Notes: generated from the letters alone by a model not told the origin. Positions 1 to 12,563 are shown, numbered from the stretch's first letter. The stretch: DNA of 64,000 nucleotides from Sphyrna mokarran (GCA_024679065.1 JAGIQG010000010.1:81840001-81904000); one strand, 5' to 3'. Numbers and translations are program-made.

Positions 1-94
1 TTACAGAGATATGTTCTACTGCTGGTCGTGATTAGGGATATTACTCAAAGAGAAAAGCTTGTTTATTACCACATCATTTTAAATGCCTTTTAAG

Positions 95-345
95 ACCTAA
101 AACCATAAGACTTAAGAGCAGAATGAGGCCACTTAGCCCATCAAATCTAGTCCGCCATTCAATCGTGGCTGATATTTTTTTCACGCCCATTCTCCTGCCT
201 TTTCCCCATAACCCTGATCCCCTTATTAATCAAGAACCTATCTATTTTGTCTTAAAAACATGCAATGACCTGGTCTTCACAGCCTTCTACAGCAAAGAGT
301 TCCACAGATTCACTGCTCTCTGGGTGACAAAATTCCTTCTCATCT
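95..345 (-). mobile_element. CR1 LINE 3' fragment
   Basis: Reverse complement of a typical CR1 3' end (tgaatggcgga...ggcct...tgctct...tctta tail). Confidence 0.7.
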
Positions 346-477
346 TTTGTTTTTACCAGTTTTGTAATATGGCCATTGGATACTTTCCTTTAAATAGCAA
401 AAAACTTCAGACTTAAATAAAAATCTGCATTATCCTTGTTATCCCTTAATTTTAAACAATTATTTTGTTTTTTTTAC

Positions 478-625
478 CTGTGATATAACATTGCTTGGTA
501 TTCTACCATAAATGTATCTCATATATTCCACAGTCATCTCCAGAATGGACGCCACATCTGTTCGCCTGCCCTTCACGTAAGGCAGCAGCACTTGTAACTG
601 GTCACAACAGTCTTTTATGCGTTCT
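478..625 (-). CDS. SOHLH2: SOHLH2-like bHLH transcription factor, helix-loop-helix exon (148 nt)
   Basis: Acceptor ttacaattag|A and donor CAG|gtaaaa. Encodes ERIKDCCDQLQVLLPYVKGRRTDVASILEMTVEYMRYIYGRIPSNVISQ (49 aa), closely resembling the recalled human SOHLH2 segment ERIKYCCEQLRTLLPYVKGRKNDAASVLEATVDYVKYIREKISPAVMAQ. Phase-compatible with the upstream exon. Confidence 0.9.
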
Positions 626-807
626 CTAATTGTAAAGTAAAGAAATAAGGTCATTGATTGCTTCTTAATTCTGATAGAAACATGAGGGTACAAGAATCAT
701 TGAAAAATGAGGAAAGGCCATTCGACCTGATCTTTTCATGTTCTCCTACAACCTGCTATGTATTTGGAATTTTCTAATATTTAATTTTACATCTGTACCT
801 GCTAAGT

Positions 808-1012
808 GATTATTATTTTTCAAATAAAGTTTTTTCAACATATTTTGATGGTTTAATATTTTATTTTTCAAGGTAAAATGTGCCTTTTGTTCCCACTGAC
901 CTGCAATAACATTCTGGTTTCATTTTGAACGTCCAAATCTAGGACATGTTACAGTCTATTTTTAACATTCTCAAAGAAATTGCAAAACAGGAACTAGCGT
1001 TTCTAAAGCTAT
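808..1012 (+). repeat. Copy 1 of a ~205-bp local direct duplication (copy 2 at ~2232-2438)
   Basis: Shared blocks caaataaagttttt, aggtaaaatgtgccttttg, ctgacctgcaataacattctggtttcattttgaa, gtccaaatctaggacatgtta and tttctaaagctat. Confidence 0.9.
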
Positions 1013-1249
1013 TGGTAATAATTCAGTCAACTCAAATGTTTGCCACTGTTTTGTATATTGTAATTAATTCACATTAATGGGATCGTTTGTCTGGTGAGGT
1101 GTTTTCAGATAAGCAAAGTTACCATGCTGGTCTGCACTTAATTCCATATCCATTCATTTAGTATCTAAGCCGTTACCACCCAAATCGTATTCTGAAAGAC
1201 TGCACTTGCATTCTGGCTTTGATTGAAGCTTGATTCATGGACAATGAGA

Positions 1250-1680
1250 GGTTTACAACATGGAAACAGGCTATGAGCCCTACTTGTCTATGCCACCCTT
1301 TTTGTAACCATTAAGCTAGTGTCAATTGCCCGCATTTGGCCCATATCCTCTATACTCAACTTACCCATGTAACTACCTAAACACTTTTTAAAAGACAAAA
1401 TTGTATCTACATCTACTACTCCCTCTGGCAGCTTGTTCCAGATATTCACCACTCTCTGTGTGAAAACAATTGTCTCTCTGGACACTTTTGTATCTCTCCC
1501 CTCATGCCTTAAACCTATGCCCTCTAGCTTTGCCCCCTACCTTTGGGAAAAGATGTTAATTATCTGGCTTCCATTACTCTATAAGATCATCTCTAAGCCT
1601 CCTACACTCCAGGGAAAAAAGTCCTAGTCTATCCAGCCTCTTCTTATAACTCAAACCATCAAGTCCTGACAGTATCCTTG
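1250..1680 (-). mobile_element. CR1 LINE 3' fragment
   Basis: ORF 1288-1485 contains FTQRVVNIWNKLPEGVV, the CR1 ORF2 C-terminal motif. Confidence 0.8.
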
Positions 1681-2757
1681 CTTCTCATTGCAAATGCCCT
1701 CAAATTCCTGGCCCCATTGCCCATGCTAACTAATCTAGTCTTACCTCATGCTTTTACTGTTGCAATATTGAATGATGGAAGATTTCATTGCTGTGCATAA
1801 AATGTTTTGTTACGTCCACCTCTATATATGTTTCCTATACACATCACAAATCTATTATCTTATCATTTCCTATCATTGACCCTAATTATTAATCCTGTCC
1901 TCTGCATGCTTGTCAGTTCAAGCAGATATTTTGCTTTCCCAACCATCCTTCCCATCTTCTGTCTTTCCCAGACAATGGGTGGGATTCTCCGGCCATTCAT
2001 GTAAGCTGTGAACAAATTCTCTGTCCTTGCTTGGATTCCAGCCTCTCTTTATAGGGTATGTTTGGTTGTAGAATGACTACGTTACTTGACCAGTAATCCA
2101 GAGGCCTGAATCAATGATGCACAAACTTGAATGCAAATCTCACTCGCTAGAGAATTTGAGTTAAATATGGGGTTTAAAAACTAGCAGCAGTAATGGTGAC
2201 TATAAAACTACCAGCTTGTCAAGTATTCAAATGATTATTATTCTTCAAATAAAGTTTTTAAACTTATTTTGATGGTTCAATATTTTATTTTTCATCAAGG
2301 TAAAATGTGCCTTTTGGTCCCGCTGACCTGCAATAACATTCTGGTTTCATTTTGAAAGTCCAAATCTAGGACATGTTAAGGCTATTTTTAACATTCTCAA
2401 AGATGTTGCAAAACAGGGTCTAACTTTTCTAAAGCTATGTTTAAACATCTGGTTCACCTTGGAAGGAGATATGCTAACCTCCAGTTGACCAAAATGTGAC
2501 TCCAGACCCACTGCAATGCAATCGACTCTTAAATGCTCTCTGAAGTGGCCAAGCAAGCCACCCAGTTGCACTTAACCACTTGCAGGGGTTGAAGAAGGAG
2601 GCTTACCACTACCTTCTCAATGGCAATTAAGGACTTTGCCTGTGATGCCCTCACCATGAGTATGAATAAAAAAGTAGATTTCACAGTTTTGTTCTGATGT
2701 GCTTACTTCAATTCATTTTCATTTAATCTAACATTCAAAGAGTAATCCAATCCTTAC

Positions 2758-2883
2758 CTTCTCCTCCGTTCGATGTTGCTATGTAGTACTGCATCTACAC
2801 AGCGTTTTTTGCAGTTAGGTTCTGAGGATGGGGATTCTGGCGATTCTGATTCAAGTGGTACACCATTTTCTTTAAGTTCTGAG
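2758..2883 (-). CDS. SOHLH2: SOHLH2-like exon carrying the bHLH basic region (126 nt)
   Basis: Acceptor tttacttag|C and donor AAG|gtaagg, phase 2 at both ends. Encodes SELKENGVPLESESPESPSSEPNCKKRCVDAVLHSNIERRR; AG|A completes Arg before ERIK. Compare SOHLH2 LHSSKEKLRR. Confidence 0.88.
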
Positions 2884-3606
2884 CTAAGTAAATACCCAGT
2901 CAATGAATAATGCATTAACATTAGCCTCCTTTTGCATTCTTTATACTGCGCTGAAAACAGACTCTTATTTAATTCAAACATCCTCAACCAAGTTGACATA
3001 AAGAAATGAAGGGATAGATTTTTCAAGTTAGCATTTCTAATTCGAATCTTCTTCTGATGAGAATTCATACCAGAAATTCTGCTACGGAGATCAATGTTCC
3101 TATTTTGAAGCTTGTATAATTCTTTCAAAAAGTCACAGCACATTTCAAAACAGATAGGGTAATTTCTAGATCTCAATTTAACAAATGATAATAAAAGTAT
3201 TATTCCATACATAAAAGAAAAGTACAACTGATGGAAAATCACAGTTTTGAGTGTTCAAAGCAAAAATATTCTAACCTACTTTCAAGTTATTAAAGTTTTG
3301 TTCTGTAGGCTTGTTCCGCAAAATACATTTCTGATAGGAATTAATATTTCCTATATGAAAAAAACATCTCATCACAGTCCAACTGGGAAATTACAAAATT
3401 TAACTGAAACATCCATAACCAAAGTAAACTGTAAATAATTGGGCAGATCAGAATGTTCAAAGAATCGCAAACAATATTTTTAGTCTTGACGTTCAACTCT
3501 GAATTCTTCACAAGCATGACTACTACTAAGTTTGTTTTACTACTAAATTTGATTTCCAGTTCTATCATATGAAGACATATACATATAATATGAAGAATAA
3601 ACTTAC

Positions 3607-3692
3607 CTTACAATTCCAGTTACAATTAAATTCTGACTTATCCCCGGTGTCTCATTAAATGAATCCATTGTCCTTAATTCCACCGACTTTTG
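3607..3692 (-). CDS. SOHLH2: Probable upstream coding exon of the SOHLH2-like gene (86 nt)
   Basis: Acceptor ttttacag|C and strong donor AAG|gtaagt. Open frame QKSVELRTMDSFNETPGISQNLIVTGIV ends in phase 2, matching the next exon (AG|C = Ser). Little recognisable similarity to the mammalian protein. Confidence 0.7.
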
Positions 3693-3919
3693 CTGTAAAA
3701 TATGGAGCATATTTTTCTGCGTGATAATGCAAGACATTGTGAAACCCTTGAATAATGGCCAGAATTCTATAGTCTCACACGTCCTGCTACTGCTGCCAAT
3801 CACATCTCCATTCACAACACTGGAGAATCCCAGCCATGAGCGAGGTCAGAGAATCTGGCCCAATGTTTTGAAGATCAACCATTTTCCTTTAAAAGAGACT
3901 GGTGTTCTGTCTTACAGTA

Positions 3920-4560
3920 AACATAGGAGAAGGAATAGGCCATTCTAAAAGAACATGGCTGATTACTCACTTCAGTGTCTTTTTCCTCATACTATCCCCA
4001 TAGCTTTTCATATCATTGGTATTTAGAAATCTGTCAATCTCTTCTTTAGTAAGAAGTCTGACAACACCAGGTTTAAGTCCAATTAATTTATTTGATAGTA
4101 AAGTGAATTTACTATCAAATAAATCGGTTGGACTTAAACCTGGTGTTGTCAGACTTCTTACTGTGTTTACCCCAGTCCAACGCTGGCATCTCTACATCAA
4201 TCCCTTCTTTAAACACCCTCAATGACTGAACTTCCACAGTCCTCTGAGGTGCAGAATTTTACAGATCCACAACCCTCTGAGCAAAAAAATCTCCTCATCT
4301 CACATCTAACTGGCTTCCCCCTTAATTTGAAATTGTGTCCCCTGGTTCTTGACTGACCACCAGCATCTACATTGTCGATTCCTTTAAGTATTTTGTGGGT
4401 TTCGATGAGATCACCTTTCACTCTTCAAAACTTGAGAAAACACCGGCCCAGTTTTCCAAATTTCTCTCAAGGACAGTCCCGCCATCCCAGGAACATGTCC
4501 GTTAGAGCTTTGCCGTGTTCCTTCAAGGGCAATCCTCTTTCCTGAGGATAGGCCAGCCCA
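3920..4560 (-). mobile_element. CR1 3' fragment interrupted by a fold-back element
   Basis: MKGDLIETHKILKGIDNVD...TRGHNFKLRG motif. Confidence 0.8.
4048..4196. mobile_element. Miniature fold-back Penelope-like element (55-bp arms)
   Basis: Arms 4048-4102 and 4108-4162 (3 mismatches, 5-nt loop). Flanked by the direct repeat tcaatc(t/c)cttcttta at 4034-4048 and 4197-4211. Confidence 0.8.
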
Positions 4561-4869
4561 GCTATATCGTCTTGTAATCTAAGACTTTCTTTCTCACTGT
4601 AAACCACATCAAGTTTGCACTGATCCTCCGACAGAGTATCTTATCCAGCTCCATCCTCTGCTCTACCTACCGAATCCCACATATTTAGTCTACTAATTCC
4701 CCTAACCTACACATCTTTGGACACTAAGGACCAATTTAGCATGGCCATTTCACCTAACCTGCACATCTTTGGACTTTGCGAGCAGCATCCAGTGGAAACT
4801 AATGTAGATACTGGGAGAATGTACAAACTCCAGACAGTCACCCAAGGTCGGAACCGAACCCATCGTTGT

Positions 4870-6810
4870 GGGGAAACAAGGAAATGGCAGAGGAGTTAAA
4901 CAGATATTTTGCATCAGTCTTTACAGTGGAAGATACATTCCATTAATACTAAATTAAACATCCCATTAACATGAAATAATAGTGGGGGAAGGGGTGAATT
5001 AAGTACTATCACCATCACTAGTGAAGTCGTACTAGATAAACTAATGGAGCTAAAGGCAGATTAGTTCCTCTCACTCTAATGGTTTCACCCTAGGATCTTA
5101 AGAAAAGTACTAAAGCAACAGTGGATGCATCAGTTGTATTTTTCTAAAAAAAAATTCTAAGATTCCAGAGAAGTACTGGAGGATTGGAAAACAGCCAATG
5201 TTCAAAATGGGAGGGAGCCAAAATGTGAATAATTATAAGCCAATTAGCTGAACATATTATTGAAAAAATGTTGGAATCAATTATTAATAAAGTAACAGCA
5301 GCACATTTGGAAAATTATTATCTAATCAAGCAGAGTCAGCATGGCTTTATGAAGGGAAATCATATTTAACCAATTGATTAGAATTTTTCAAGGAAGTCTC
5401 AACCAGAGTGAATAGAGGGGAACCAGTCAATGTGTTGTATTTGGACTTCCAGAAGATTTTCAGCAGGATACCTCACAAAAGGTTAAGTCATATGATAAGA
5501 GCCTTTGGTATTGAAGATAGTACGTTGGCATAGATAGAGAATTGGCTGATGGACAGGAAACAGCAAGAGGGGATAAGGGGTGAACTGTAACCAGTAGGCT
5601 TCCACAGGGATCAGTGCTGGGACTGCAACTGTTTACAATATATACTAATGACTTGGAGGAAAGAAGAATGTACTGTATCTAAATTTGCAGATGACACAAA
5701 AATAGGTGGAAAGGCAAGTTGAGCAAGGATGAAAACAAAGAGATATTGATATCTGCAAGTTGGCAAAAAGAGCATTGGTTGGGAAAATGTGAAGTTTAAA
5801 GTAAAGTAAAATTTGTTTATTAATCGCAAGTATGCTTCCATTAATACTGCAATGAAGTTACTGTGGAAAAACCCCTGGGCGCCACACTCCAGTGCCTGTT
5901 TGGATATACTGAGGGAGAATTTAGCATGGCCAATATACCTAAGCAGCACATTTTTCAGACTGTGGGAGAAATCGGAGCACATGGAGGAAGCCCCTGTAGA
6001 CACAATGAGAACACACAAACTCCACACAGATAGTGATGCTGGAATCAAACCCGGGCCCCTAGCACTGTGCTAATCACTGTGCCAACATGCTATTCATTTT
6101 GGAAGGAAGAACAAAAGCAAAAGGTTGTTATTTAAATGGAGGAAAACTGCAATGCAAAAGAGCATGAAACAAGAAAGCTAGCACACAGTTGCAACAGGTA
6201 ATCGGGAAGTTTAATGGAATATTGGCCTTTATTTCAAGCCGGTTGAAATATAAGAGCAGGAAAGTCTTGCTGCAATCATAAAAAATATTGGTGAGATTAC
6301 ATCTGGAGTACTGTGAACAGTTTTGGACTCCTTGTTTAAGGAAAGGTAATATACTTCATTGGAGGTAGTTCAGAGGAGGTTCACTAGGATGATCCCATAT
6401 GGAGGGATTGCCTTATGAGGAAATGTCAGGATACTATTCACTGGCATTTAGAAGAATGAGGCACCATCTCATTGAAACATGGTTCTTAAGGGGCTTAACA
6501 GGGGAAACACAGAGGATGGGAGAGACTAGGACCAGAAGACATAGTATTAGAATAAAGAAGTGCCAACTTAAGACTGGAGTGAGATGGAATTTCATCTCTC
6601 AGAGGGTTGTGAGTGTCTGAGATTCCTTGTCATAGAGAGAGCTGTGGGAATGGAGTCCTGGCATTCATTTAAAGCTGAGATAGATTTTTGATCAGTAAGT
6701 GAATTAAGGGTCACGGGAAAGGACAAGAAAGTATATGTGTGAAATGTTGGACTAACCAAGATCCTACTGAATGGTGAGCAAGGGCCAAACAATATATCGC
6801 TGTTCCTATT
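4870..6810 (+). mobile_element. Decayed CR1 ORF2 with a SINE nested at ~5800-6090
   Basis: SKFADDTK (tctaaatttgcagatgacaca, ~5680), QGSVLG and MEGLPYEE motifs, with many stops. Confidence 0.85.
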
Positions 6811-9599
6811 TCTTACTGCCTTATTTGCTACCTATCAGTCTACAGTAGAATGTACAGAATCTTGAAAGATGACCATCAATGTACACATTATCTCCATATC
6901 TATCTCTTTCAACACTGTGATGTAGGATATCAGTTCCCAGTTACTTATCAATCTTATTAATTTCTCCAATGCAACTTTCTTACTAATAATAATTCCCATC
7001 AATTCCACATTCTCCATTCTTCCTTGCATCTCTGGGAGATTTCTTGTATTTTCCTCAACAAAGACAGATGCAAAGACCAGGACTTTCTGGCCATTCACGC
7101 CAGCGGGATCTTCTAGTCCCACTGACAGCACACCACAACCATGGATTTCACAGAGACGAGGGGTACATTCAAAGGGAAACCTTGTTGACAATGGCAGAAC
7201 CAGATGGTGGGCAACCTCTGCCACCAAGAAACAATCACTGAGATATGTGGAAAATTCTGCCCAATGTAATCAATTTGCTTCTCTGCCATTTCTTTATTCC
7301 CCTTTTAAATTCTCCTGACTCTGTCAATAATGGACTCATATTTGCCTCAGTTAAGTTTTTCCTTTTCACATACATTATAGATGCTTTCACAATAAGTTTT
7401 TATGTGTTTTGTTATTCTATATTAATATTCTATTCTTCTTTTCTTCATCAGTTTTTTGGTCTACCTTTGCTATATCCTAAAATGCTCCCAATACTCAAAT
7501 TCACCACTATTTCTGGCAACTTAATAGGCTTTACCTTTAATCTCATAATCCTTAACTTCTTTTGCTAACCACAGTTGACTGATTTTTCTTTTTTTCTCTT
7601 TCTATCTAACACTGCAATTTTCATCTTACTAATAACACATTGTCTAACCAGTGGATCATTTTCTTGTGTCAAGTGATGACACCTGCAATTGAGGATTAGA
7701 GGGGGTGGGGTGGTCAGGCAGAGAGCAATAGAAAATACAATGTTGGGGCAGCCAACAAAAAAAAGAGGCATTTATGGGAAATCCTTCAGTAATAAAAACT
7801 GAAAGCAAAATAGCAGAATGTGTGATTGTCTGAAAACAAAAACATGAGAACAAGAAACAGATTGGCACTTCAGAAGCGGCAGGGTCGGTGGGGGGGGGGA
7901 TGCTAGTTCAAAAAGGAATACAGAGTTCATGGCCTGAAGTTGTTGGACATAATGGCCAGGATTTTACTGGCCCGCCCTCAGAATCAGGCATTCTCCATTG
8001 GCCTCAGGTGGGATCGTACAAACCTCGGATGGACACGTTCGTAAAATTCCACCCACCGTTGAGTCCAGAAAATGTAATCCTGCTTTTGCTTTTGATAGCA
8101 ATGACCCTTTTTCTGTTATTAATATTTTCTGCTATTTTGCTTTCAGACACAGCTGACCTTTATTTTGCTATTAACAACTACTTTGGACCAAAGGTTAAGA
8201 CTTAAATATTATCGTTACCACAGCTCTTGTCTTGTTATTTAATTTCCCTTATCTCTAACTTATCGCTGACTTCTTTTTGTGCTTCACCGGCCCCGCCCCA
8301 CTGTTCAACAGCATGAAAACTCAAACTTCAACCTCGCTTCAGTTCCAAAGTAGAGTCACGCTGGACTCAGAATATTAACTCTGTTTCTCCACTGATGCTA
8401 CCAGACCTGCTGAGTTTTCCAGCATTTTCTGTCTTTTTACTTCGGATTTCCAGCAGCTGCAGTATTTTGACTTTATTTTAAGGGTTTGTTTAGGTTGGTA
8501 TAGTGTGTTGTTCTAGTAGTGGGAAGGAATAGTGCCTAAGAGTTAGCAACAATAGGGAGGGAACATTTCCAGGAATTGTCACCACAGGGAACAATATTGG
8601 ATTTGGCAACATGGGGAGAAGAAAAATTTGTTAGTGATGCAGTGTGCTGAAAATGTCCAGAAATAGCACAGTAATTATTCTGTAGATTAACATTCCCTGC
8701 ATGCAGACCGATCTTAGCTGTTCATGTTCATACTTACACATTTAATATTGTTAATCAGCAACAGGTACTTGTTGAATAGGGTCATTTTCACATTGCTACA
8801 TCAGCGTCATAGTTCTTTTATTATTTATTCTTCAAAGGATAATCGTGTTCAACATGAAAATTCTTATCATAAGCTACTTTCAATCCTCTTTATACAAGAC
8901 TTGAACCCATTGAATGACAAAGGGAGCCTTGGCTGGTTGAGGAATAAAAAAGTAGATAATACCAAGCTGATGAATAAGAAAGTGAGCAAAAACTTTGTTC
9001 AAAATCATGAAAAGTTTAATATTATTCTCTCCAACTTTTACAGATGCACCATAGAAAGCATTCTTGGCATGGCTGCTGCTCTACCCAACGTCAAAATGGC
9101 CTTGGACTAAGTTCAAAGACAATTAGAGATGGGCAATAAATACTGACCTTGCCACTGACAAGCGTATAAATAAAAAGAGTAGGTAGGATAGGATTGCCAA
9201 CCATCCTGCAATGGCTAGGAGTCTACTGGAAGACTGATCTCCCGGTGCTTAAAAAAAAATCACTCTGGGACATCTTAGAATGCAGTTTTAAACATTAACC
9301 ACAGCTGACTATTAAGATTCAAATCTCAAACTGGAAAAAAAAGACAAGAGAACGCCATTTGGGACATGGGCATCACTGGCTGGCCAGCATTTGTTATCCA
9401 TCCCTTGTTGTCCTTGAATTTGCTAAGCCATTTCAGAGGGCAATTGAGAATCAATTGCGTTGCTGTAGCTCTGGAATCATATTTAGGAGAGACTGGTAAG
9501 GGTGGCAGATTTCCTTCCCTAAAGGACATTAGTGAACCAGATTGGTTTTTCTGACAATCGACAACGGTTTCATGGTCAACAGCACTTGAAACAGAATTG

Positions 9600-9890
9600 T
9601 GGCACAGTGATTAGCACTGCTGCCTCACACTGCTAGGGACCCGGGTTCAATTCCCGGCTTAGGTCACTGTCTGTGCAGGCACATTCTACCTGTGCCTGCA
9701 TGGGTTTTCACCAGGTGCTCCATTTTCTCCTACAGTCTGAAAGATGTGCTGGCTAGATGTATTGGCCATGCTAAATTTTCCCTCAGTGTATACGAATATG
9801 CACCAGAGTGTGGCAACTAGAGGATTTTCACAGTAACCTCACTGCAGTGTTAATGCAAGCCAATTTGGGACAATGATAATTAAACTTCAA
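9600..9890 (+). mobile_element. tRNA-derived V-SINE (HE1-like), tail type A
   Basis: A box ggcacagtg, B box gggttcaattccc, central gtctgtg...cacattct core, tail ...cacagtaac...gcagtgttaatg...aataa. Similar copies at ~5800-6090(-), 18570-18875(+), 21655-21945(-), 25372-25615(+), 26720-27020(+), 40230-40510(+), 43525-43810(+), 48105-48340(-). Confidence 0.85.
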
Positions 9891-11309
9891 TTCCAAAAAT
9901 TTTTATTGATTTCAAATTCCACCATTTGCCATCATGGGAGTGGAACCCGGGTCCCCAAAACATTAGCTGAGTTTCGGAGTAATAGTCTAGTGATAATACC
10001 ACTAGAATCATTCAATCCCTATAATGCAGAAGGAGGCTATTCAGCCCATCACGTCTGCATCAACCACAATCCCACCAGGCCCTATTCCCTAATCCCACAT
10101 ATTTACTCTGCTAATCAGTTTAACATGATCAAACATCATAACCTGGCTGTGGGAGGAAATTGGAGCATCTGGAGGAAACCCACACAGACATTGGGAGAAC
10201 ATGCAAAATTCATACAGACATTACCCAAGGCTGGAATTGAACCCAGGTCCCTGGTGCTGTGAGCCTACAATGGTTAGCACTGCTGCTTATCACCTCCTCC
10301 TCTCTTAAAGTGAAAAGGAAATAACAACCCCTCAAAAAGGAATGGATTCCACATTTTAATGGGCAGTAAAATGTTTAAGTCCGGAGTTGGACAATCAGTC
10401 TGATTAATTTCAGTAACTGTTAACAGCAATAGACAAGCACAGAGAAATCTATGTAGTGTTCATGAACTTTTATGATAGGGATAGTTCGGGGTTGTATGTA
10501 ACTAATGAGTGAACTTATAGCAACGAGACATCATAAGGGCAAAAACGACAGCGATGAAAAGGTTATAGCTACCTATACACATATGTGAACAAGCAGAAGA
10601 GTTGAGCAGAGAAGTTAGCGATGGTAGACGTTGGATCGCCTTTACTGAAGCTGAAAACATCTGGCTGGTTTCCAGCAGGATTTTGACTGGCACAAGTGCT
10701 GACTGGAGTTCCACATGGCAGTGGAGGCACTGGGGAGAAAACAAGATCCATGAGACCAGATATCAGCAGGATTACCTCATCCCCACCAGGGCACTGGCAG
10801 AGTGTGAGGCCAGCTTCGCTTCCATAGCCAAGAAACAATACTCCACCACTGCAGTGCTGCAGCTGGTGACTCTGAGGAGGAGCAGCAATCTGTAACCCTC
10901 CAGTTCCAGCTCAGAAAGGGGCACTGAATTATTCAGACGATTGAAACAAATAAGGCAAAGCCTCGCACCCCTGATAATCTGCTAAACTCTATTCACCTTT
11001 GTTAAAAATTCTCACTTCAAAACAATCCCAGTTTCACTCAGAATTACTTCAGTGATATCGCTTCACTGAATCATAGTGAAGCGATATGATATTTCCCAGA
11101 ATTTCATTTCCCAGAATATCACCAGCCAGAGTTGGAACCTAAGCTGGAAGAAAGTGGCAGGTGATATAGCAACCAGAGGGCACAGAGTTAATGAGAGCCC
11201 CACATCACCTCTTTATGGGAAAGCCCGTCAAACTAAGTGCCAACCACAGGACAGAACTTCTATCCATCGCCAGAGGCTCACAACTTTTTATTGCCCAGCG
11301 ATGCTATTG

Positions 11310-11600
11310 GCAAGGTGGAACAGTGGTTAGCACTGCTGTCTCACAGCATTAGGGACACAGGTTCAATTCCCAGCTTGGGTCACTGTCTGTGTGGAGTTTG
11401 CACATTCTCCCAGTGTCTGCATGGGTTTCTCCGGGTGCTTCGGTTTCCTCCCACAGCCCAAAGATGTGCGGGTTAAGTAGATTGGCCATGCTAAATTGAC
11501 CGTAGTGTCAGGTGGTTAGTAGGGTAAATAAGTAGGGATTGTGGTCAGTCCAAACTCAATGGGCTGAAGGCCTTCTTCTGTACTGAAGGGATTCTATGAA
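11310..11600 (+). mobile_element. tRNA-derived V-SINE (HE1-like), tail type B (CR1-like 3' end)
   Basis: Same head and core as type A, but ends ...gggctgaaggccttcttctgtactgaagggattctatga. Similar copies at ~10005-10285(-), 19290-19625(-), 22005-22445(-), 22550-22885(+), 29305-29570(-), 34430-34725(-), 54650-54960(-), 57515-57810(-), 58915-59190(+), 59975-60312(+), 60940-61250(+). Confidence 0.85.
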
Positions 11601-12333
11601 GGTGATGAGTGCTGCCAGTATCACAACCACCTACGTCACAGGATCGCTGACTCAGCCACAGGTGAGTGATGGTGCGAGGAGACTGACAGCAAGATCAGGA
11701 AGATAGTTCTCAGCATGCCTCCCCTTTCTGATGGCAAGTCCCCCGATAGGCACTGTGCCTTTGAGTAAGGGTTCCCTTTCTCCCTGGAAGTCCACCAGCA
11801 ACCCCAACAGGGTTTACTTTTCAGGTTTCCCGCTTTACAAGGATAGATATGTTGACGTATTGAGAGACCAGTAGACTGTCATGGCACAGCTATTGGTTCC
11901 TACTGCTCAACAATAATAAATGAGGCTGGTCACAGTAGGTAGGTGGTAGGTAGGCAGCACTGGGATCGATTGCGCTATCGACGTGAATCAACATCTAGAG
12001 CTGTTCAGACAAAGTTAACTGTGAAATAAAATCTGGAAAATCAATTTACATTGGCCAATGAAGATGTTGGGTGGGATTCTCCCAAATAAATATTGAAGTG
12101 TCAAATTTGTGAGTCACCCACTTACCACAGGGCGCAAATGAATAAAAAGGTAATAATGCAAAAATTTTGAACAGGGTTCTAACACAGGCTGCGCTGTGAC
12201 ACCCTCTGAGCCAAAATTCAACTCAAATTTCAACCCTCCCCTTCCCTCAACACTATTTAAACCTTTGAAACTTTGCAACCCATTTAATCAGGTGTAAATG
12301 GTAATATAATTTACAATTAGAAGATCAACAGAA

Positions 12334-12563
12334 CAAATCAAATCAAAGATGCTCAGCAGGAACTCACCAAGATTCACACTTCATCTAGAAATATAAAGGC
12401 AGCTGATACTTGGAATGCCATCAGCTGTAAGTTCCCCACCAAATCACTCACCATCCTGACTTAGAGATTATTGCCTTTCCTTCATTGTCACTGTGTTAAA
12501 ATTCTGGAGTTGCCTCTCTAGCAGCACGTACTACACCTCAGGAATTGCAGCGATTCAAGAAGG
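12334..12563 (+). repeat. Perfect 230-bp inverted duplication of 14034-14263
   Basis: Manual base-by-base comparison found no mismatch over 230 nt; spacer is 1470 nt. Confidence 0.92.

Noticed and set aside
2884-3242. N-terminal part of the 162-aa ORF 2754-3242
   Set aside because: A good acceptor at 2884-2885 and a phase-matched upstream exon indicate this portion is open intron sequence.
11310-11375. tRNA-like A and B boxes
   Set aside because: These are SINE heads followed by the V-SINE core, not tRNA genes.
12110-12330. Segment with a strong minus-strand donor (GTG|gtaagt at 12126) and an open frame
   Set aside because: No similarity to SOHLH2, and it looks like an inserted fragment beside the inverted duplication; kept only as a weak alternative exon candidate.
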